The notes beneath the pieces were generated by a model that worked only from the letters and a program-made list of their open reading frames with translations, did not search any database and was not told the DNA's origin. Below, piece after piece: positions 5,462 to 7,076 of a DNA stretch of 7,076 bases. The stretch is from a virus (Duplodnaviria > Heunggongvirae > Uroviricota > Caudoviricetes). Where the stretch lies: IMG/VR virus record IMGVR_UViG_2667528155_000012. One strand, 5' to 3'. Position 1 is the first letter of the stretch. Every line of letters begins with the position of its first letter. The position numbers were made by a program, and so were the translations under genes.

Positions 5462-5896
5462 ATGGCTGGTGGAATTCGATCGTCTGGAGGGGGGAGAAAA
5501 CCCATCTTACCCGCCGGACAAAAAAGTAAATTAACCCGAATTGCACCTCCTGCAGAGTTAATGGGGGAGGCTGCAATAAGACTGTGGAAAACCCAAAGTA
5601 AAATTCTGATCGAAAGAGGCGTGTTTGAACTGGAGGATGCGCCCCTGCTTGTGGCTTACTGCAATGCCTTCCATTTAATGCTTGAAGCTGAAAAATTGCT
5701 CTCGTCAAGCCTGACGACCGAAAGTGAAATGGGGGGATTAAAGAAACATCCCGCCGTTAACATCAGAAATGATTCAGTTTCCCAGATAGCCCGTCTTGGT
5801 TCGCTTCTGGGGTTGGATCCGCTCAGCCGAATTCGGATGCGTGGCGGTGGAAATGATCCTGACGACGACGGGAATGAATTTGATGAGTTTGACTGA
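5462..5896 (+). CDS. terS: Terminase small subunit, P27 family (144 aa)
   Basis: ATG at 5462 after AAGAGGAG. Translation has the family's characteristic N-terminal GGGRKP motif, a central LVAYCNAFHLMLEAEK, a C-terminal LGLDPLSRIRMRGG and an acidic tail. Its stop overlaps the next start (tgATGg). Confidence 0.85.
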   Translation: MAGGIRSSGGGRKPILPAGQKSKLTRIAPPAELMGEAAIRLWKTQSKILIERGVFELEDAPLLVAYCNAFHLMLEAEKLLSSSLTTESEMGGLKKHPAVNIRNDSVSQIARLGSLLGLDPLSRIRMRGGGNDPDDDGNEFDEFD

Positions 5897-7076
5897 TGGC
5901 TACATATCCGAACGTCAATGCAGCGAACCAGTATGCAAGAGATGTTGTTGGCGGGAAGATCCTTGCTTGTCAGTTAACTGTGCTTGCCTGTCAAAGACAC
6001 CTTGATGATTTGGAACGTGCGAAGGATCCTGCCTGGCCTTACCGGTTTGATAAAAACAAGGCCGAGCGATTTTTGCGCTTTGCTCAGAAGATGCCTCATA
6101 CGGCCGGTGAATGGGCCAGGAAGAAACTACGAATAGAATTTGAGCCCTGGCAAAAGTTTGCCCTTGGTGTGCCATTTGGATGGGTTAATAAGAAGTCCGG
6201 ATTCCGGCGTTTTTCTGAAATATATATTGAGGTGCCCAGGAAAAATGGGAAATCCGCAATTGCAGCTGCCGTTGGTAATTATATGTTTTGCGCCGATGGT
6301 GAACATGGTGCAGAAGTGTACTGTGGCGCCACTACTGAAAAACAAGCCTGGAAAGTCTTCTCTCCCGCTCTACAAATGGTAAAAAAACTCCCGGCATTGC
6401 GACAAAAATACTCAGTCAAACCCTGGGCGAAGAAAATGACCCGTCCGGATGGCTCTGTTTTTGCGCCAGTCATCGGCGATCCTGGTGACGGCGATTCCCC
6501 TTCATGTGCAATTATTGATGAATATCACGAGCATCAGACTGATGCACTTTATACAACGATGACTACCGGGATGGGGGCAAGGGAGCAGCCTGTTACTCTG
6601 ATTATTACTACAGCGGGTTATGACATTACTTCGCCCTGTTACGAGAAGCGTGTGCAGATAGTGGAAATTCTCCGCCGTAACCGGACAGGAGAAGAAAACG
6701 AGACAATATTTGGCATTATATACGGTCTGGATGACGATGATGACTGGACCAGGCCCGAAGCGCTGATTAAAGCAAATCCCAACTTTGGTGTTTCTGTTAA
6801 AGAGCATTTTCTTCGGGCGAAGCAGTTACTGGGAATATCCAATCCCAGCCAGACTAACAAAATTCTGACCAAGCACTTTAACCGGTGGGTAAGTGCAAAA
6901 ACGGTTTTTTATGACCTGCAAAGATGGATGGCTGCTGCGGATAAAAACCTTAAATTATCTGCTGAAGGAAGTCTCAACGCTGAATACAGAATTTCTAATC
7001 TGGATGCAGATTTATCTTCACCGGACGCAGACTTGTCTATGATGTCGCGTCATACTATTTTTCAACACGTTGAAAT
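5896..7076 (+). CDS. terL: Terminase large subunit, N-terminal ~393 codons (continues past the window end)
   Basis: ATG at 5896 overlapping the terS stop; frame open to 7076, and no ORF-track entry exists because no stop is reached. Walker A-like VPRKNGKS and Walker B-like CAIIDEYHEH are present, consistent with the terminase ATPase domain. Confidence 0.9.
   Translation, partial: MATYPNVNAANQYARDVVGGKILACQLTVLACQRHLDDLERAKDPAWPYRFDKNKAERFLRFAQKMPHTAGEWARKKLRIEFEPWQKFALGVPFGWVNKKSGFRRFSEIYIEVPRKNGKSAIAAAVGNYMFCADGEHGAEVYCGATTEKQAWKVFSPALQMVKKLPALRQKYSVKPWAKKMTRPDGSVFAPVIGDPGDGDSPSCAIIDEYHEHQTDALYTTMTTGMGAREQPVTLIITTAGYDITSPCYEKRVQIVEILRRNRTGEENETIFGIIYGLDDDDDWTRPEALIKANPNFGVSVKEHFLRAKQLLGISNPSQTNKILTKHFNRWVSAKTVFYDLQRWMAAADKNLKLSAEGSLNAEYRISNLDADLSSPDADLSMMSRHTIFQHVE

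Larger units (their letters stand above)
1..7076. mobile_element. Phage/prophage segment: lysis cassette, accessory (moron) slot, HNH/cos/terminase packaging module
   Basis: Gene order holin, endolysin, spanins, then HNH endonuclease, small terminase, large terminase is the canonical late-region junction of lambdoid/HK97-like phages. The AT-rich block between lysis and packaging sits where lambdoid phages carry morons. Confidence 0.8.

Noticed and set aside
5460-6872. Six minus-strand ORFs (5460-5708, 5915-6175, 6127-6345, 6279-6473, 6502-6807, 6639-6872) and two plus-strand ORFs (5796-6005, 6140-6382)
   Set aside because: All lie inside the terS/terL genes in alternative frames or antisense; the terminase frames carry recognisable motifs.
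7003-7038. Imperfect tandem repeat in terL encoding DADLSS/PDADLS
   Set aside because: Could be a small duplication, but it is short and within a variable part of the protein. Without the rest of the gene or an alignment I cannot say it is unusual.
1-7076. CRISPR arrays, rRNA/tRNA genes, IS elements and retron reverse transcriptase
   Set aside because: No regular repeat-spacer periodicity, no transposase or RT-like ORF, and no convincing cloverleaf anywhere in the window.

Overview
This window reads as a stretch of a tailed-phage or prophage genome from an enterobacterium-like host, running from the lysis cassette through an accessory slot into the DNA-packaging module. The lysis cassette (525-2212, + strand) is translationally coupled: holin, a second small membrane protein, a GH19-type endolysin, and overlapped i-/o-spanins. 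The packaging module (4765-7076, + strand) is an HNH endonuclease, a probable cos region, a P27-family small terminase and the N-terminal ~393 codons of the large terminase. Between them (2206-4737) lies a visibly AT-rich cargo island at the position where lambdoid phages carry morons such as bor. It holds the most interesting candidates: (i) a minus-strand zinc-ribbon protein whose C-terminus looks like DUF4145/HEPN, (ii) a self-contained two-gene operon (89-aa helical protein plus 125-aa two-TM membrane protein) with its own promoter and terminator, and (iii) a 560-bp ORF-poor gap between them. A further AT-rich, membrane-anchored gene is cut off at the left edge (1-417, minus strand). All family assignments are from reading the translations and recalling motifs; no database search was run, and any GC impressions are by eye.
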